From positions 1 through 28,255 of the IMG/VR virus record IMGVR_UViG_2778261277_000006: a stretch of 28,255 bases of DNA; one strand, written 5' to 3'. The notes under the pieces are model-generated. The model did no database searches, was not told the DNA's origin, and saw nothing but the letters and a program-made list of their open reading frames with translations. Source of the DNA: a virus. Lineage: Duplodnaviria > Heunggongvirae > Uroviricota > Caudoviricetes. Shown here one piece after another: positions 1 to 10,884 of this stretch. A program made the position numbers and the translations under genes. Position 1 is the first letter of the stretch, and every line of letters starts with the position of its first letter.

Positions 1-2569
1 ATTGCTGACATCCGTAATGGACGTCCTGATTTCAGCCAGGTCAGGCGCAAGCTGACCGTTATCAATCTGCGTCCACAGCTCCTGAGCCAGATGGGTTTTC
101 CCTATCTCGCCTTTGAAAAAATCCAGATAACCGGATGCATCATCACTCGGCTGACCGACGGCCTCCACGAATGCCGATTTGCCAACGGTGTTCACACTGC
201 GGATATAAAAGTAATAATCATGGCCCGGTTTGATATTGATACTGGCGGCTATCCAGTACAGCGCCGTACCAAGATAGCGGGCTGCGGTTTCAACCTGCCT
301 GATATCGGTAATCCGCGTTTCCGAGAACCAGAACTCAAACTGTACCGTCGGGTCATAAACGGCAAGATGCGGCGTGGCGGTTATCTGAAAATAGCCCGGC
401 GTCAGCTCAATCCGCGACGGTGCTACCGGTGCGGCAATCCGGAACGATACCGACGCCGGATCGCCCTGCTGTCCCCACGCATTTACCGCCCGGACTGTCA
501 GCGTGTACCGCCCCAGTGCCAGTTGCGTGAAGCGGTATGTGGTTTCTGTCGTCCGGGCCGTGCTGACCAGCCGCTCACTGCCGTCGTCCGCTGTTACGGT
601 CAGACGGAGCAGGAAGCTCACCCCCTTCACCACCTTCGGCGTGTCCCAGCGCGCCAGCACCTGATATTCCCCGCTGTCTGCGGTGACTTCGGCAGTCAGG
701 TGCTGCACCGCTGGCGGCGTGACACCATTCACCGTGCCGCTCTGGTCGCCGTCAAAGTGCGCCCCGTTATCCACGATGGCCTCTTTTGCCGGTACATGCT
801 GCACGGCGGTGATGGCATACGTGCCGTCATCGTTCTCACGGATACTCACACAGCGAAACAGGCGCTGACGCAGCGTCGGCAGCTTCAGCCCCCATACGCT
901 GTATCCGGCAACGCCGTCAGGAACACGGCTCACTTTTACCTTCACGCCGTCGGTGACGGACTGGACCTCCACGCTGACCGGATTGCCACTTCCGTCAACC
1001 AGGCTTATCAGCGTGGTACCGGAGGATGGCAGCGTGATTTCACGGTCGAGCGTCAGCGTCCGGGTCTGGCTGTTTACCGCCAGCACGCGCCCGCCGGTGC
1101 TGATACCGGCATAGTCATCATCGCAGATTTCAATGACATCGCCCGGCACATGGCGAAGCCCTTCTGCGCCCACGCTGAAGTCCACGGTCTGCGTTTCCAG
1201 CAGTTCCGTTTTAATCAGCCACAGCCCGGCGCGGTGCGCCTGCCCACGACTGGTACAGCCAAAGGCATCCATCTTCGTGACGTTACGACCGTAACGGGCA
1301 ATGGCCTGCGTGTCCTCCACAAGCTCTGTCGCCGTCTCCTGGCCGTTGTCAGGGTCAATCCAGTTCACCTCAACGGCATTATGGCGGTCCTTCAGGGCGC
1401 TGAAGCTGTAGCGGAACGGCGCGCCATCACCCGGCATCGCCACATTACTGCGGTTATAGGTCCACACCTTATCCGATGGCCGGTCCTGCACGAACGTCAG
1501 CGTTTGCCCGTTCCATACCGGCATACAGCGCATCGCCGAGCAGAAATCGCTGAGCACATCCCACGCCTTACGTTGTGTGGTCAGCCAGGCATTACAGGTG
1601 ATGCGCGGCTCCGTGCCGCCAAAACCGTCCGGCACTGACTGGTCGCAGTACTGGCCGATGACATACAGCGCCCATTTATCCACATCTGCCGCACCAAGAC
1701 GTTTCCCCATGCCGTAGCGCGGGTGGGTCAGCATATCCCACAGACACCAGGCCGGGTTGTTGCTGTATGCCGGTTTTAACGTTCCGTCCCAGATACCGCT
1801 GTATTGCCGCGTCTGCGGGTTATAGTTCGACGGAACCTGCAGAATACGACCACGAAAATGGTAAGTGCGGTTCACCTGCTGGCTGCCGAACTGCTCAGAA
1901 TCCACCTGCACACCGACCAGTGCCGTGTTCGGGTAGCACTGTTTCACATCGATGATTTCGGTGTATGATGCCCAGATTGTCCTGTTCTGCAACTGGTCTG
2001 TGGTGCTGTCCGGCGTCATCCTGCGCATCCGGATACTGAACGGGCGCGGCGGCAGATTATCCACCACCACCGAGGCCAGATACTGCGAGGTGGTTTTGCC
2101 CTTAATGGTGATGTCTTTTTCCGTCACCCAGCCACCGTTACGCTGTATCTGAACCAGCAGGCGGACTGCCGACGGATTACGGTCCCCCTTTGAGGTGGTT
2201 TCCACCAGTGCCTGCACGCCGAAAGTAAAACGCAGACGATCAATGTTTGCCGACGTGATGGTCCGGGTGATCGGCGTGTCATATTTCACTTCTGTACCGA
2301 GCACCGTCTCGGAGCCTGATGATTCAAATCCCTCCGGCGGTGTCTGCTCCTGCTCACCGGAACGGAACACCACTGTCACTCCGGAAAAATTTGGCTTTCC
2401 ATCACTGTCAGTCACCGGTGTGCCGTTCAGCAGTACGCTTTTTAAGCCATCCACCGGACCTTCAACCGGCCCTTCGCTGATGGCATCGATCACACTCAGC
2501 AACTGCGTGGACTTCAGGTTGTCCCTCGCTTCACGCGGGGTATGTCCCTTACTGCTGCCTTTACCCATT
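1..2569 (-). CDS. J: Tail tip host-specificity protein J, N-terminal ~856 codons; 3' end runs past window start
   Basis: Minus-strand translation from ATG at 2569 reads [34 protein letters not shown]..., matching lambda gpJ; the minus-strand frame at positions 1-100 still reads ...[30 protein letters not shown]..., also gpJ-like. Not in the ORF track because it is open-ended. Sits after I in lambda order. Confidence 0.9.
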
Positions 2570-2628
2570 CCTCACGCTCCAGAAACGACAAAACCGCCCT
2601 GAGGCGGTTTCACATAAAACGTTTTTCA

Positions 2629-3306
2629 TCAACGACCAATCACCACAACCTGACCACCGTCCCCCTCGTCTGCCGTGCTGATCTCCTGAGAAACCACGCG
2701 TGACCCCACGAGCATTTCACCGTACAGAACCGGCAGAACATTGCCCTGGGCAACCATGTTATCCAGTGAGGAAAAATAGGTATTCTGCTTACCGTTATCC
2801 GTTGTCTGCATGCGGGGCGTTTTCGGTTTCGGTGCCAGCATCTGCGCCACACCCCCCAGAATCATACTGGCACCGAGAGAAAACAGGACTGTAGTGGCGC
2901 TCAGTGTTGTTGCACTCAATGCGGCGCCCCACATAGCCAGAGAGGCTCCTGCAGTAAAAAACGAAGCCGCAATGGCGACAGCCCCCAGAACAATCTGGAA
3001 AACACCGCCGTTTTTAGCACCGGCTGTCCGAGGAACCAGGTGTATCACTGCGCCGTCAGGAAGCGGCTCATGCAGACGGGCAGACAGCTCTCTCTCTCCT
3101 GTATCTTTCCCTGCTATCCGCACCTGATACCAGCCGCCGCTCAGTTTCTGGCGAAACGCAGGGAGCTGTGTGGCCAGCGCCCGGATGGCTTCTGCCCCGG
3201 TTTTCACACGAAGGTCGATACGGCGGCCAAATCGTTGCAAATCCCCGTAAAGGCAGATGCGTGCCATGCCCGGTGACGCCAGACGGAGTGTGTGCGTCGC
3301 TGCCAT
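2629..3306 (-). CDS. I: Tail assembly protein I
   Basis: 225 aa, MAATHTLRLASPGMARICLYGDLQRFGRRIDLRVKTGAEAIRALATQLPAF... is near-identical in character to lambda gpI; lies between K and J. Confidence 0.85.
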   Translation of the reverse strand: MAATHTLRLASPGMARICLYGDLQRFGRRIDLRVKTGAEAIRALATQLPAFRQKLSGGWYQVRIAGKDTGERELSARLHEPLPDGAVIHLVPRTAGAKNGGVFQIVLGAVAIAASFFTAGASLAMWGAALSATTLSATTVLFSLGASMILGGVAQMLAPKPKTPRMQTTDNGKQNTYFSSLDNMVAQGNVLPVLYGEMLVGSRVVSQEISTADEGDGGQVVVIGR

Positions 3307-3947
3307 TTGTCGGTGTACCTCTCTCGTTTGCTCAGTTGTTCAGGAATATGGTGCAGCAGCTCGCCGTCACCACAGTAAATGGCGGCATGATTGGCAACAG
3401 GCGAGCCAAAACAACACAGCAGCACGTCGCCTGCCTGTGACTCATGCGGTGAGACCCGGTAAAAACCCTGTGTTTCAAGGTTATCCAGATAGAGATTCTG
3501 ACCGTGACACCACCAGTCATCCTCACGATGAAAATCAGGCAGCGCAATCCCCGCCAGATGGTACGCATCCCGGAACAGCGCATAACAGTCCGTCACCCCG
3601 TGCTCGAAGCGCCGCCCGGTAAGATGCGGCACACAGAGGAACTTGTGAATCGCCCCCCGGCAGACAAGCCACCACGGCAGACCACTCTGCACCTGCAGCC
3701 GCCGGTCGGCCTCACTCAGCCAGGGCAGACCACCGGGGTGACTGTGGACCAGCGCCACAATCTCACCCTGCATTTCTGCCCGCAGCCAGTCCTCCGGAGC
3801 CATCCGGAAATAATCCTCCGGCTCACCGGAAATATTCGCGCAGGGTAAATACCTGTCCCCCTCCGGCGTTCTCACCACGAAGCCGCACGATTCCGCTGGC
3901 GCACATCGCCGGGCGTGCGCCAGAATCGCTGATTCTGTCTGTGTCAT
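3204..3947 (-). CDS. K: Tail assembly protein K (JAB/MPN metalloprotease plus NlpC/P60-like domains)
   Basis: 247 aa; JAMM motif HSHPGGLPWLSEAD (HxHx7Sx2D) and a downstream Cys region (GVTDCYALFRDAYHLAG) typical of lambda gpK; overlaps I as in lambda. True start may be an internal Met. Confidence 0.85.
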   Translation of the reverse strand: MTQTESAILAHARRCAPAESCGFVVRTPEGDRYLPCANISGEPEDYFRMAPEDWLRAEMQGEIVALVHSHPGGLPWLSEADRRLQVQSGLPWWLVCRGAIHKFLCVPHLTGRRFEHGVTDCYALFRDAYHLAGIALPDFHREDDWWCHGQNLYLDNLETQGFYRVSPHESQAGDVLLCCFGSPVANHAAIYCGDGELLHHIPEQLSKRERYTDKWQRRTHSVWRHRAWHASAFTGICNDLAAVSTFV

Positions 3948-3952
3948 GGGAT

Positions 3953-4651
3953 TTACTGCGAAAGTTTGTTAATGGAAAGGTAGCCGCCAAAGTTACCGAT
4001 GTTATTGCGAAACTTACAGCCGCTCAGGCATTTGCTGCATTTATCTTTCGTGATATCGAACGTCGGCTGGTCATATTCATCCGCGACCGCCGGACCGTGA
4101 TAACCGCACTCATCACCGCGATAGGTCCAGGTGCAGGTGTTGGCCAGCATGATGCGCCCCGGAAAAACGGCGCCATCCGTTTCCGTCGGTGTGGCCAGCA
4201 CAAAGGAGGCACCAACCGCCGTCAGTTCGCTACACTGCTCGATGCGCCAGCGGCTGACCACCTCCTGCTCCGGGTCGGCGTCACTGTTTCCATTGACGAA
4301 GTTCACCGCATCCAGAAAACGGGCGTAAACCTTACGCCGGACCACCGTTCCGCCGACCAGACTCTGCAAATCCTCCACCATCCCGGTGACCAGACCATAC
4401 AGATTGGACACGCTCAGCACTGGTCTGGCGCTGGCCCCTTTGCCATTCAGTTCAAAACCGCTCCCCTGAATGGGGTATGCCTGATACTGCCGCCCCTGCC
4501 AGGTGACCGGTTCACCTTTTTCGTTCTGCTCATTACAGAAAAAATAACGTTCACCACCGACCTCTGTCAGGTCGATTTCCCAGAGCACCACGCTGGCCGA
4601 CTGCTCCGCACGGGTGCATTCATTCAGTGTTTCCTGCCGGATATCCTGCAT
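3953..4651 (-). CDS. L: Minor tail protein L
   Basis: 232 aa ORF in the lambda L position between M and K, with C-terminal Cys cluster (CSKCLSGCKF). Confidence 0.85.
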   Translation of the reverse strand: MQDIRQETLNECTRAEQSASVVLWEIDLTEVGGERYFFCNEQNEKGEPVTWQGRQYQAYPIQGSGFELNGKGASARPVLSVSNLYGLVTGMVEDLQSLVGGTVVRRKVYARFLDAVNFVNGNSDADPEQEVVSRWRIEQCSELTAVGASFVLATPTETDGAVFPGRIMLANTCTWTYRGDECGYHGPAVADEYDQPTFDITKDKCSKCLSGCKFRNNIGNFGGYLSINKLSQ

Positions 4652-4980
4652 CAGTTCACCACCTGTTTAAACTCTGCGCTGAACTCAACACGCAACATAC
4701 TGACCCGCGACGTCCATTTTGCGCAGGTCACCTTTATCTGCCTGTAACCATAAGGCGGCGTCCACAGAAAGGCTTTCCAGCCTCCGTGCTCTGCCAGAAA
4801 CGACTCCAGCGCCGTGGCCTCCTTACGAGGAACAGAAAGCGTCACGCTGTACGTTTTCAGGTCGGCATTCAGTCCGGCAGGCGCTCGCTGGGAATAGCCA
4901 TCACCAAAGCGCACTTCCCTGACGGAAGGGGCCGAAGCCACATCCATGCCGGGTTTCACTTTCCAGCGAAAGGTTTTCAT
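4651..4980 (-). CDS. M: Minor tail protein M
   Basis: 109 aa ORF directly downstream of the tape measure gene, overlapping start/stop as in lambda H-M-L. Confidence 0.85.
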   Translation of the reverse strand: MKTFRWKVKPGMDVASAPSVREVRFGDGYSQRAPAGLNADLKTYSVTLSVPRKEATALESFLAEHGGWKAFLWTPPYGYRQIKVTCAKWTSRVSMLRVEFSAEFKQVVN

Positions 4981-7538
4981 CGTCCACCTCCGGAGAACTG
5001 ACCACCATCACGCATCTGTGCCTGAATTTCATCACGGGCACCCTTGCGGGCCATGTCATACACCGCCTTCAGCATTTGTGGACCTGGCAGACCATTCGTA
5101 CCGTCGTTCTGAATCACCACGTTGTTGTTCTGCTCAAATCTGATACCCTCTGAACGCCGCATTTGCGCCGGACTTCCGGTGCCACCGACATAACCGCCGG
5201 TGGCATAGCCGCGCATCAGCCGATAGAGATTCCCCACGCCAATCCGGCTGGTTGCCTCCTTCGTGAAGACAAACTCACCACGGTGAACAATCCCCGCTGG
5301 CTCATATTTGCCGCCGGTTCCCGTAAATCCCCCGGTCGCAAAATGGAATTTCGCCGCAGCGGCCTGAATGGCTGTACCGCCTGACGCGGATGCGCCGCCA
5401 CCAACAGCCCCGCCAATGGCGCTGCCGATACTCCCGACAATCCCCACCATTGCCTGCTTAAGCAGAATTTCTGTCATCATGGACAGCACGGAACGGGTGA
5501 AGCTGCGCCAGTTCTGTTCACTGCCGGTCAGCATCGCCGCCATATTCTGCGCAATACCATCAAAGGTCTGCGTGGCAGCACTTTTAACCTGCGACATACT
5601 GTCCGTGGCACTCTCTTTCCACTCGCTCCAGCCGGACCTGAGGCCTGCCATCCAGCTCCCGCGAAGCAGGTCTTCAGCCGCCCAGGTCTTTTTCTGCTCT
5701 GACATGACGTTATTCAGCGCCAGAGGATTATCGCCATACTGTTCCTTCAGGCGCTGTTCCGTGGCTTCCCGTTCTGCCTGCCGGTCAGTCAGCCCCCGGC
5801 TTTTCGCATCAATGGCGGCCCGTTTTGCCCGTTGCTGCTGTGCGAATTTATCCGCCTGCTGCGCCAGCGCGTTCAGGCGCTCCTGATACGTAACCTTGTC
5901 GCCAAGTGCAGCCAGCTGGCGTTTGTACTCCAGCGTCTCATCTTTATGCGCCAGCAGGGATTTCTCCTGTGCAGACAGCTGGCGACGTTGCGCCGCCTCC
6001 TCCAGTACCGCGAACTGACTCTCCGCCTTCCACAAATCCCGGCGCTGCTGGCTGATTTTCTCATTCGCTCCGGCATGCTTCTCCAGCGTCCGGAGTTCTG
6101 CCTGAAGCGTCAGCAGGGCAGCATGAGCACTGTCTTCCTGACGATCGCCCGCAGACACCTTCACACCGGACTGCTTCAGCTTTTTCAGCGTCGCTTCATA
6201 ATCCTTTTTCGCCGCCGCCATCAGCGTGTTGTAATCTGCCTGCAGGATTTTCCCGTCTTTCAGTGCCTTGTTCAGTTCTTCCTGACGGGCGGTATATTTC
6301 TCCAGCGGCGTCTGCAGCCGTTCGTAAGCCTTCTGCGCCTCTTCGGTATATTTCAGCCGTGACGCTTCGGTATCGCTCTGCTGCTGCGCATTTTTGTCCT
6401 GTTGAGTCTGCTGCTCAGCCTTCTTTCGGGCGGCTTCAAGCGCAAGACGGGCCTTTTCACGATCATCCCAGTAACGCGCCCGCGCTTCATCGTTAACAAA
6501 ATAATCATCCTTGCGCAGATTCCAGATGTCGTCTGCTTTCTTAAACGCAGCCTCTGCCTTAATCAGCATCTCCTGCGCGGTATCAGGACGACCAATATCC
6601 AGCACCGCATCCCACATGGATTTGAATGCCCGCGCTGTCCTGTCTGCCCAGGTCTCCAGCGTGCCCATGTTCTCTTTCAGGCGGCGGGTCTGGTCATCAA
6701 ACCCTTTCGTTGCGGCCTCGTTCGCCGCCTGCAATGCCCCGGCCTCATCGCCGGAACGCTGCAACTGAGCAACATACGCAATCTGCTCCGCCGTCACGTT
6801 ATGGAACTGGCGTGCCATCGCCGTCAGCCCCGACGTCGGGTCTGTGGTCAGCTTCCCGAAGGCTTCAGCGACCTTGTCCACCTCCACGCCGGATGCAGAG
6901 GAGAAACGCGCCACACTCTGGCTGATGGATGCAATCTGAGCCTCACCGCTTACCCCCGCCTTAACCAGTGCGCTGAGTGACTCGCTGGTCTGGTTAAACG
7001 TCAACCCTGCCGCCTGCCCGGCTCTGGACAGGACCAGCATACGATCTGCCGTCAGTCCCGCCTGATTGCCGGAAAGAACCAGCGTTTTGTTGAAATCGGA
7101 CAGGGTTGAGTTGCCCTGATACCAGGCATACGCCAGCGCACCGGTCGCCACCGCCAGCGAGGTGGCCCCCACCATCGGCAGGGTGATCGCACCGGCAAGC
7201 CCCCTGAACATGGGGATCATCCCGCCGAAGGAGTCCTTCACCTGACCACCCTGTTGCAGCAGGATCAGCCACGGACTTTGCCCGCCTGCAAGCTGCGTGG
7301 CCACGTCGGTGAACTGCGCAGGCAGCATACGCATGGCAGCTTTATACTGCCCGACGGAAATCCCCGCTTTCTGTGCAGCCAGCGCCTGTCGGCTCAGCGA
7401 CTGTTCAACGACTGCCGCTGTTTTTTTCGCATCACTTTCCGTACCGGAAAAATGACGCCTGACTCTGGCCATCTGCTCGTCAAATCTGGCCGCATCCAGA
7501 CTTAAATCAACGACCAGATCGCCTACCGGTTCAGCCAT
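4977..7538 (-). CDS. H: Tail tape measure protein H
   Basis: 853 aa (same length as lambda gpH), Ala/Gln/Glu-rich coiled-coil centre and Gly-rich C-terminal region; follows G/T. Confidence 0.9.
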   Translation of the reverse strand: MAEPVGDLVVDLSLDAARFDEQMARVRRHFSGTESDAKKTAAVVEQSLSRQALAAQKAGISVGQYKAAMRMLPAQFTDVATQLAGGQSPWLILLQQGGQVKDSFGGMIPMFRGLAGAITLPMVGATSLAVATGALAYAWYQGNSTLSDFNKTLVLSGNQAGLTADRMLVLSRAGQAAGLTFNQTSESLSALVKAGVSGEAQIASISQSVARFSSASGVEVDKVAEAFGKLTTDPTSGLTAMARQFHNVTAEQIAYVAQLQRSGDEAGALQAANEAATKGFDDQTRRLKENMGTLETWADRTARAFKSMWDAVLDIGRPDTAQEMLIKAEAAFKKADDIWNLRKDDYFVNDEARARYWDDREKARLALEAARKKAEQQTQQDKNAQQQSDTEASRLKYTEEAQKAYERLQTPLEKYTARQEELNKALKDGKILQADYNTLMAAAKKDYEATLKKLKQSGVKVSAGDRQEDSAHAALLTLQAELRTLEKHAGANEKISQQRRDLWKAESQFAVLEEAAQRRQLSAQEKSLLAHKDETLEYKRQLAALGDKVTYQERLNALAQQADKFAQQQRAKRAAIDAKSRGLTDRQAEREATEQRLKEQYGDNPLALNNVMSEQKKTWAAEDLLRGSWMAGLRSGWSEWKESATDSMSQVKSAATQTFDGIAQNMAAMLTGSEQNWRSFTRSVLSMMTEILLKQAMVGIVGSIGSAIGGAVGGGASASGGTAIQAAAAKFHFATGGFTGTGGKYEPAGIVHRGEFVFTKEATSRIGVGNLYRLMRGYATGGYVGGTGSPAQMRRSEGIRFEQNNNVVIQNDGTNGLPGPQMLKAVYDMARKGARDEIQAQMRDGGQFSGGGR

Positions 7539-7965
7539 ACCGGACTCCTCCTGCGATCCCTTCTGATACTGTCATCAGCATTACGTCATCCTCCGTCATG
7601 TCCGCCACATCCTGGGAAGCGGGGATAACTTCATTCCCGTCCGGGCCAAAGCGGACGCCTCCGGCAAGCCCTGCCGCTTTCTGCATCAGCACATCATCTT
7701 CAGGCTCTTCGTCAGCCTCGCGCCGGTTCAGCAGACTGAAATCCAGCGGATGCATATCCGGATCGCTGAAAAACAGGCTGAGCACGGTGTACGTCAGCCC
7801 GGAAAAGTGCATATCCAGCAGAACATCATGAAAATAATGGGTACTGTAAAAGAGGTGCCAGTCGGCATACTCCGTGGATGACATCCCGGCAAGCATGGCA
7901 CGCCAGTCGGGTCGCCCCATCTCACGCGCCAGTTTCAGGGCAAAACTCAGCTCACCGTCGAACAC
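7531..7965 (-). CDS. T: Tail assembly chaperone T frame, expected to be expressed only as a G-T fusion by -1 frameshift
   Basis: 144-codon frame overlapping the 3' end of G in the -1 frame and ending inside the H start; no independent ATG start; slippery heptamer at the G/T junction. Confidence 0.75.
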   Translation of the reverse strand: MFDGELSFALKLAREMGRPDWRAMLAGMSSTEYADWHLFYSTHYFHDVLLDMHFSGLTYTVLSLFFSDPDMHPLDFSLLNRREADEEPEDDVLMQKAAGLAGGVRFGPDGNEVIPASQDVADMTEDDVMLMTVSEGIAGGVRYG

Positions 7966-8369
7966 TTTCCCGCAGAAACAGGCTCTGCGGGCCCGGCGTC
8001 CTCTGTCTGTTCAGGGGCATTATTCACCACAAACTCATACATACCAGACAGCCGGTACACCACGTTTTCAGCATGAGAAATTGCCTCCGTGGGCCAGGTG
8101 GTAAGCACTTCCTGCTCAATCTGTTTAACGGCTTCATTCATGGACGGCATCTGCGTCTTCTGCGGATGGTTATGCCACAGGGACATCGCCACCAGAAACG
8201 CGCCGGTTCTGATGGCGTCTTCCACAGTAAACTTCCGGTTGCTGTCTGACTCCGCCTGTTCTGCCTGCCGTTTCATCAGGGCGAGATGCTCAATACGCTG
8301 CAGGGCTGACAGTTCAGAAAGCGTGACGGTCACACCGTTATGTTCAAATGATTCGGTTTTCAGGAACAT
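7947..8369 (-). CDS. G: Tail assembly chaperone G
   Basis: 140 aa, MFLKTESFEHNGVTVTLSELSALQRIEHLALMKRQAEQ..., lambda gpG-like; stop TGA at 7947-7949. Confidence 0.85.
   Translation of the reverse strand: MFLKTESFEHNGVTVTLSELSALQRIEHLALMKRQAEQAESDSNRKFTVEDAIRTGAFLVAMSLWHNHPQKTQMPSMNEAVKQIEQEVLTTWPTEAISHAENVVYRLSGMYEFVVNNAPEQTEDAGPAEPVSAGKCSTVS
7965..7971 (-). other. Programmed -1 ribosomal frameshift slippery site G GGA AAG (G to G-T)
   Basis: Plus strand reads CTTTCCC, so minus strand reads GGGAAAG, placed 5 codons before the G stop (G ends ...AGKCSTVS*), identical in sequence and position to the lambda G/T slippery site. Confidence 0.7.
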
Positions 8370-8384
8370 CTCTGACTCTCCGGA

Positions 8385-9155
8385 TTAACTGGCGGTGACG
8401 TTGATTTCTGCAACCGCAGCAAACTCACCATTACCAGATACGACCGGAATGTTGACCTTGCCTGCAGCAACGCCGTTCACGGTGATGGTCATACCACTGA
8501 CCGACACGGTGGCTTTTGTTTTATCCGCAGACACCGCACGAAAGCTCTTGTCGGTTACGCCCTCCGGCTGGAAGGCCACGGTCAGCGTGGTGCTCTGCCC
8601 TTTCACCACCGAGGTGCTGGCAGGCGTCACGGTCATGCCGGTGGCCGCTGTTACCGTGCTGCGATCTTCTGCCATCGACGGACGTCCCACATTGGTGACT
8701 TTCACCGTGCGGGTGATCACTTCCTTCGCCGTCACCGCCTTACCGATACTGCTGACCCAGCCACGGAACACATCGACCGTGCCGTTCGGGAAGCGGATTT
8801 TATAAGCCCGAACATCCCCTTCATTAAACCACGCCAGCAGCGCCTGCTGCCCCTGCTCTCCGGGCATCCACGCCAGCGTGAAGCTGGTATCTCCGGCGGA
8901 TTTCTGCCCCTGCCCGGTCGCGGTCCAGTCCGCCTCTTCATCATCGAGATAACTGTCGTCATAGGACTCAGCGGTCAGTTCGCCGGGCGTCAGGTCTTTA
9001 ACTTTTGCCAGACGCGACCAGTCAACGTCTGAAAGCGGGTTCGCATAAGGGTCGCCGCTCCCGTTATAAACCCACAGGGTGGTTCCGGCACCTTTCACCG
9101 GTGCCAGAGGATTTGGTGTTGGCATATCGTCCTCACATTTCATAGGTAATGACAT
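8385..9155 (-). CDS. V: Major tail tube protein V (C-terminal Ig-like domain)
   Basis: Contains [63 protein letters not shown]..., matching lambda gpV; likely true start is the internal Met near 9125 (track start is an upstream extension). Confidence 0.9.
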   Translation of the reverse strand: MSLPMKCEDDMPTPNPLAPVKGAGTTLWVYNGSGDPYANPLSDVDWSRLAKVKDLTPGELTAESYDDSYLDDEEADWTATGQGQKSAGDTSFTLAWMPGEQGQQALLAWFNEGDVRAYKIRFPNGTVDVFRGWVSSIGKAVTAKEVITRTVKVTNVGRPSMAEDRSTVTAATGMTVTPASTSVVKGQSTTLTVAFQPEGVTDKSFRAVSADKTKATVSVSGMTITVNGVAAGKVNIPVVSGNGEFAAVAEINVTAS

Positions 9156-9528
9156 AAGTCAGATCGGCTGAACTCCACAGACCCGCATCATCGTCGCGCC
9201 GGTAGTCATAGCCACTGGCCACCATACTGGTGATCAAATCTGACAGTGCCGGGATATCGTTCATCACCGGATAAATCCGGGACTCCATCCACGCATCCAG
9301 CTCTGAATCCGGCACCTGAGCAGGCAGGAAAACTTCGATATGCAGCTCCGCCTGCCAGGTATCGCTGTCCAGCTCTTCGCCCGTGTATTCAGCGCCGGTG
9401 AGATAAACGGCAACTGCCGGAAAATCCGCCTCATCAAAAACAGCGGGGCGACCATCAAAAAACGTCGCCCCGGTGTCATGCTTCTCCAGTGCATCCAGTA
9501 TGGCTGCACGGAGTTCAGTATGTTTCAT
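9133..9528 (-). CDS. U: Tail terminator protein U
   Basis: 131 aa, [67 protein letters not shown]..., lambda gpU-like. Confidence 0.9.
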   Translation of the reverse strand: MKHTELRAAILDALEKHDTGATFFDGRPAVFDEADFPAVAVYLTGAEYTGEELDSDTWQAELHIEVFLPAQVPDSELDAWMESRIYPVMNDIPALSDLITSMVASGYDYRRDDDAGLWSSADLTYVITYEM

Positions 9529-10103
9529 CGCTTTATTACTATCCTCAGTTGATGCTGCAGCGCATAGCCCAGCTCTTTCGGAAGACGCTCACGCCGTATC
9601 CGCTCAATATTCTGTTTAAACGCCGTGGTCAGCGGCACCGCCATCGGGATTTTCACCACATCAATGGGGTAACGGTTTTTCCCGGCCACACGCTGCATGA
9701 CATGCCAGCGGTCATTTTTCAGTTGCTGAATAAACGCGCCGGGAATACGACGGTTTCCCACCACAAGCACGCTGCCGCCACCTTTCAGGGCTGAACGCTG
9801 CCCCTTTTTACGACGCCTGCGTCGGGACAGGACAATCCGCGCGTTACCCAGCTTAATAACAGGGAGATCACCGCGGTTAACGATAATTTTTGCATTCGGA
9901 TTTCTGACCGTCGCCCGTTTCAGCCTGGCCCTTTCCTTTACCAGTTTCCGGCGTACCTTTGTTTCACGGGCAACCTGTGATGAAGACTGATTAATCGCCG
10001 TTGTAGCTATGCGGTTAATAGCCATTGCTGAAGCCGCCGGAATGGCGTTTTTACGAACCCGGCTCAGATTTTCAATCGCCTGATCAAGCCCTTTTATCGC
10101 CAT
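9525..10103 (-). CDS. Z: Tail completion protein Z
   Basis: 192 aa, MAIKGLDQAIENLSRVRKNAIPAASAMAINRIATTAINQSSSQVARETKVRRKLVKERARLKR..., lambda gpZ-like, same length. Confidence 0.9.
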   Translation of the reverse strand: MAIKGLDQAIENLSRVRKNAIPAASAMAINRIATTAINQSSSQVARETKVRRKLVKERARLKRATVRNPNAKIIVNRGDLPVIKLGNARIVLSRRRRRKKGQRSALKGGGSVLVVGNRRIPGAFIQQLKNDRWHVMQRVAGKNRYPIDVVKIPMAVPLTTAFKQNIERIRRERLPKELGYALQHQLRIVIKR

Positions 10104-10117
10104 AATTCATCCTGCGT

Positions 10118-10486
10118 TTATCGTCGCCGGTTAACTGCGGGTGGTTGCCCACGGTTGAGCCAGAGATAACAACTGCCCCCGTCATCCGGAGAAACACGAT
10201 CCACCCAGAACGTCTCACCATTAATGGTCAGCGTGTCACCACGCCGCACAGCACGAACCGTATCCGTCAGCACAAATAATGACGGGCTGCTTCCTTCAAT
10301 ACGGACCCCGCCACCGGCAAATCCCAGCGACTCCGGATCGTCAAAAACCCCCTGAACTTCGCCGCCACGCTGTTCCCCCGAGGTGAACTGCGCACAGAGT
10401 CCCATCACTTCAACAATCGTGCTGTCCACCCCGGCGAGGGCAGCATCGAAGGCATTCTGAAAATCACGCATAAACGGCCATTCCAC
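10118..10486 (-). CDS. FII: Head-tail joining protein FII
   Basis: Contains ...GVFDDPE...GVRIEGSSPSLFVLTDTVRAVRRGDTLTINGETFWVDRVSPDDGGSCYLWLNRGQPPAVNRRR, lambda gpFII-like; probable true start at the internal Met near 10471. Confidence 0.85.
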   Translation of the reverse strand: MEWPFMRDFQNAFDAALAGVDSTIVEVMGLCAQFTSGEQRGGEVQGVFDDPESLGFAGGGVRIEGSSPSLFVLTDTVRAVRRGDTLTINGETFWVDRVSPDDGGSCYLWLNRGQPPAVNRRR

Positions 10487-10832
10487 TCTTGACCATGTCT
10501 TTTGCCACTGAGGTGGGCATCAGAATTACTCTGCCAGCATCAACATACTCAACAGGCTCACCTGTTTCATCGTCAACACCGCACAGGTAAAAACACTTCA
10601 GAAGCCTGATACGTTCCAGAATACCGAAAGCATCCTCACCGGTGTTCCTGTATGCCTGCTCATAAACGGTATCATCAACATCTGCGATTTCATTTTCCGA
10701 TGCACAAACCTCCTCTTCCCACTCTGCCACACGCTGTGCGATATCCGCTGCACTCCCCGACATATCCGCCTCGCGCCCCAGCAGGCCAGCCAGTTCACGA
10801 AGACGTTTCTGATTTTCTTCTTTTGTTGCCAT
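10464..10832 (-). CDS. Putative DNA-packaging/head completion protein in the FI position
   Basis: 122 aa ORF between E and FII, the lambda FI position; sequence is not recognisably lambda FI, so assignment is by synteny only. Confidence 0.55.
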   Translation of the reverse strand: MATKEENQKRLRELAGLLGREADMSGSAADIAQRVAEWEEEVCASENEIADVDDTVYEQAYRNTGEDAFGILERIRLLKCFYLCGVDDETGEPVEYVDAGRVILMPTSVAKDMVKSGMAVYA

Positions 10833-10884
10833 ATCCAGCCCCCTGTGAAAAAAGACACGGGGGCATTTCGCCCCCGCTCACGGA

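Noticed and set aside
91-1638. 515-aa plus-strand ORF in the track
   Set aside because: Antisense to the J gene, whose minus-strand translation is recognisably lambda gpJ; the long open frame is a GC-rich antisense artefact.
3941-4747. 268-aa plus-strand ORF
   Set aside because: Antisense to the L and M tail genes; no start context and no recognisable product.
5368-6980. Several 170-190-aa plus-strand ORFs (5368-5886, 5832-6362, 6402-6980)
   Set aside because: All lie antisense within the tape measure gene H; Ala/Arg/Ser-rich low-complexity translations typical of antisense frames.
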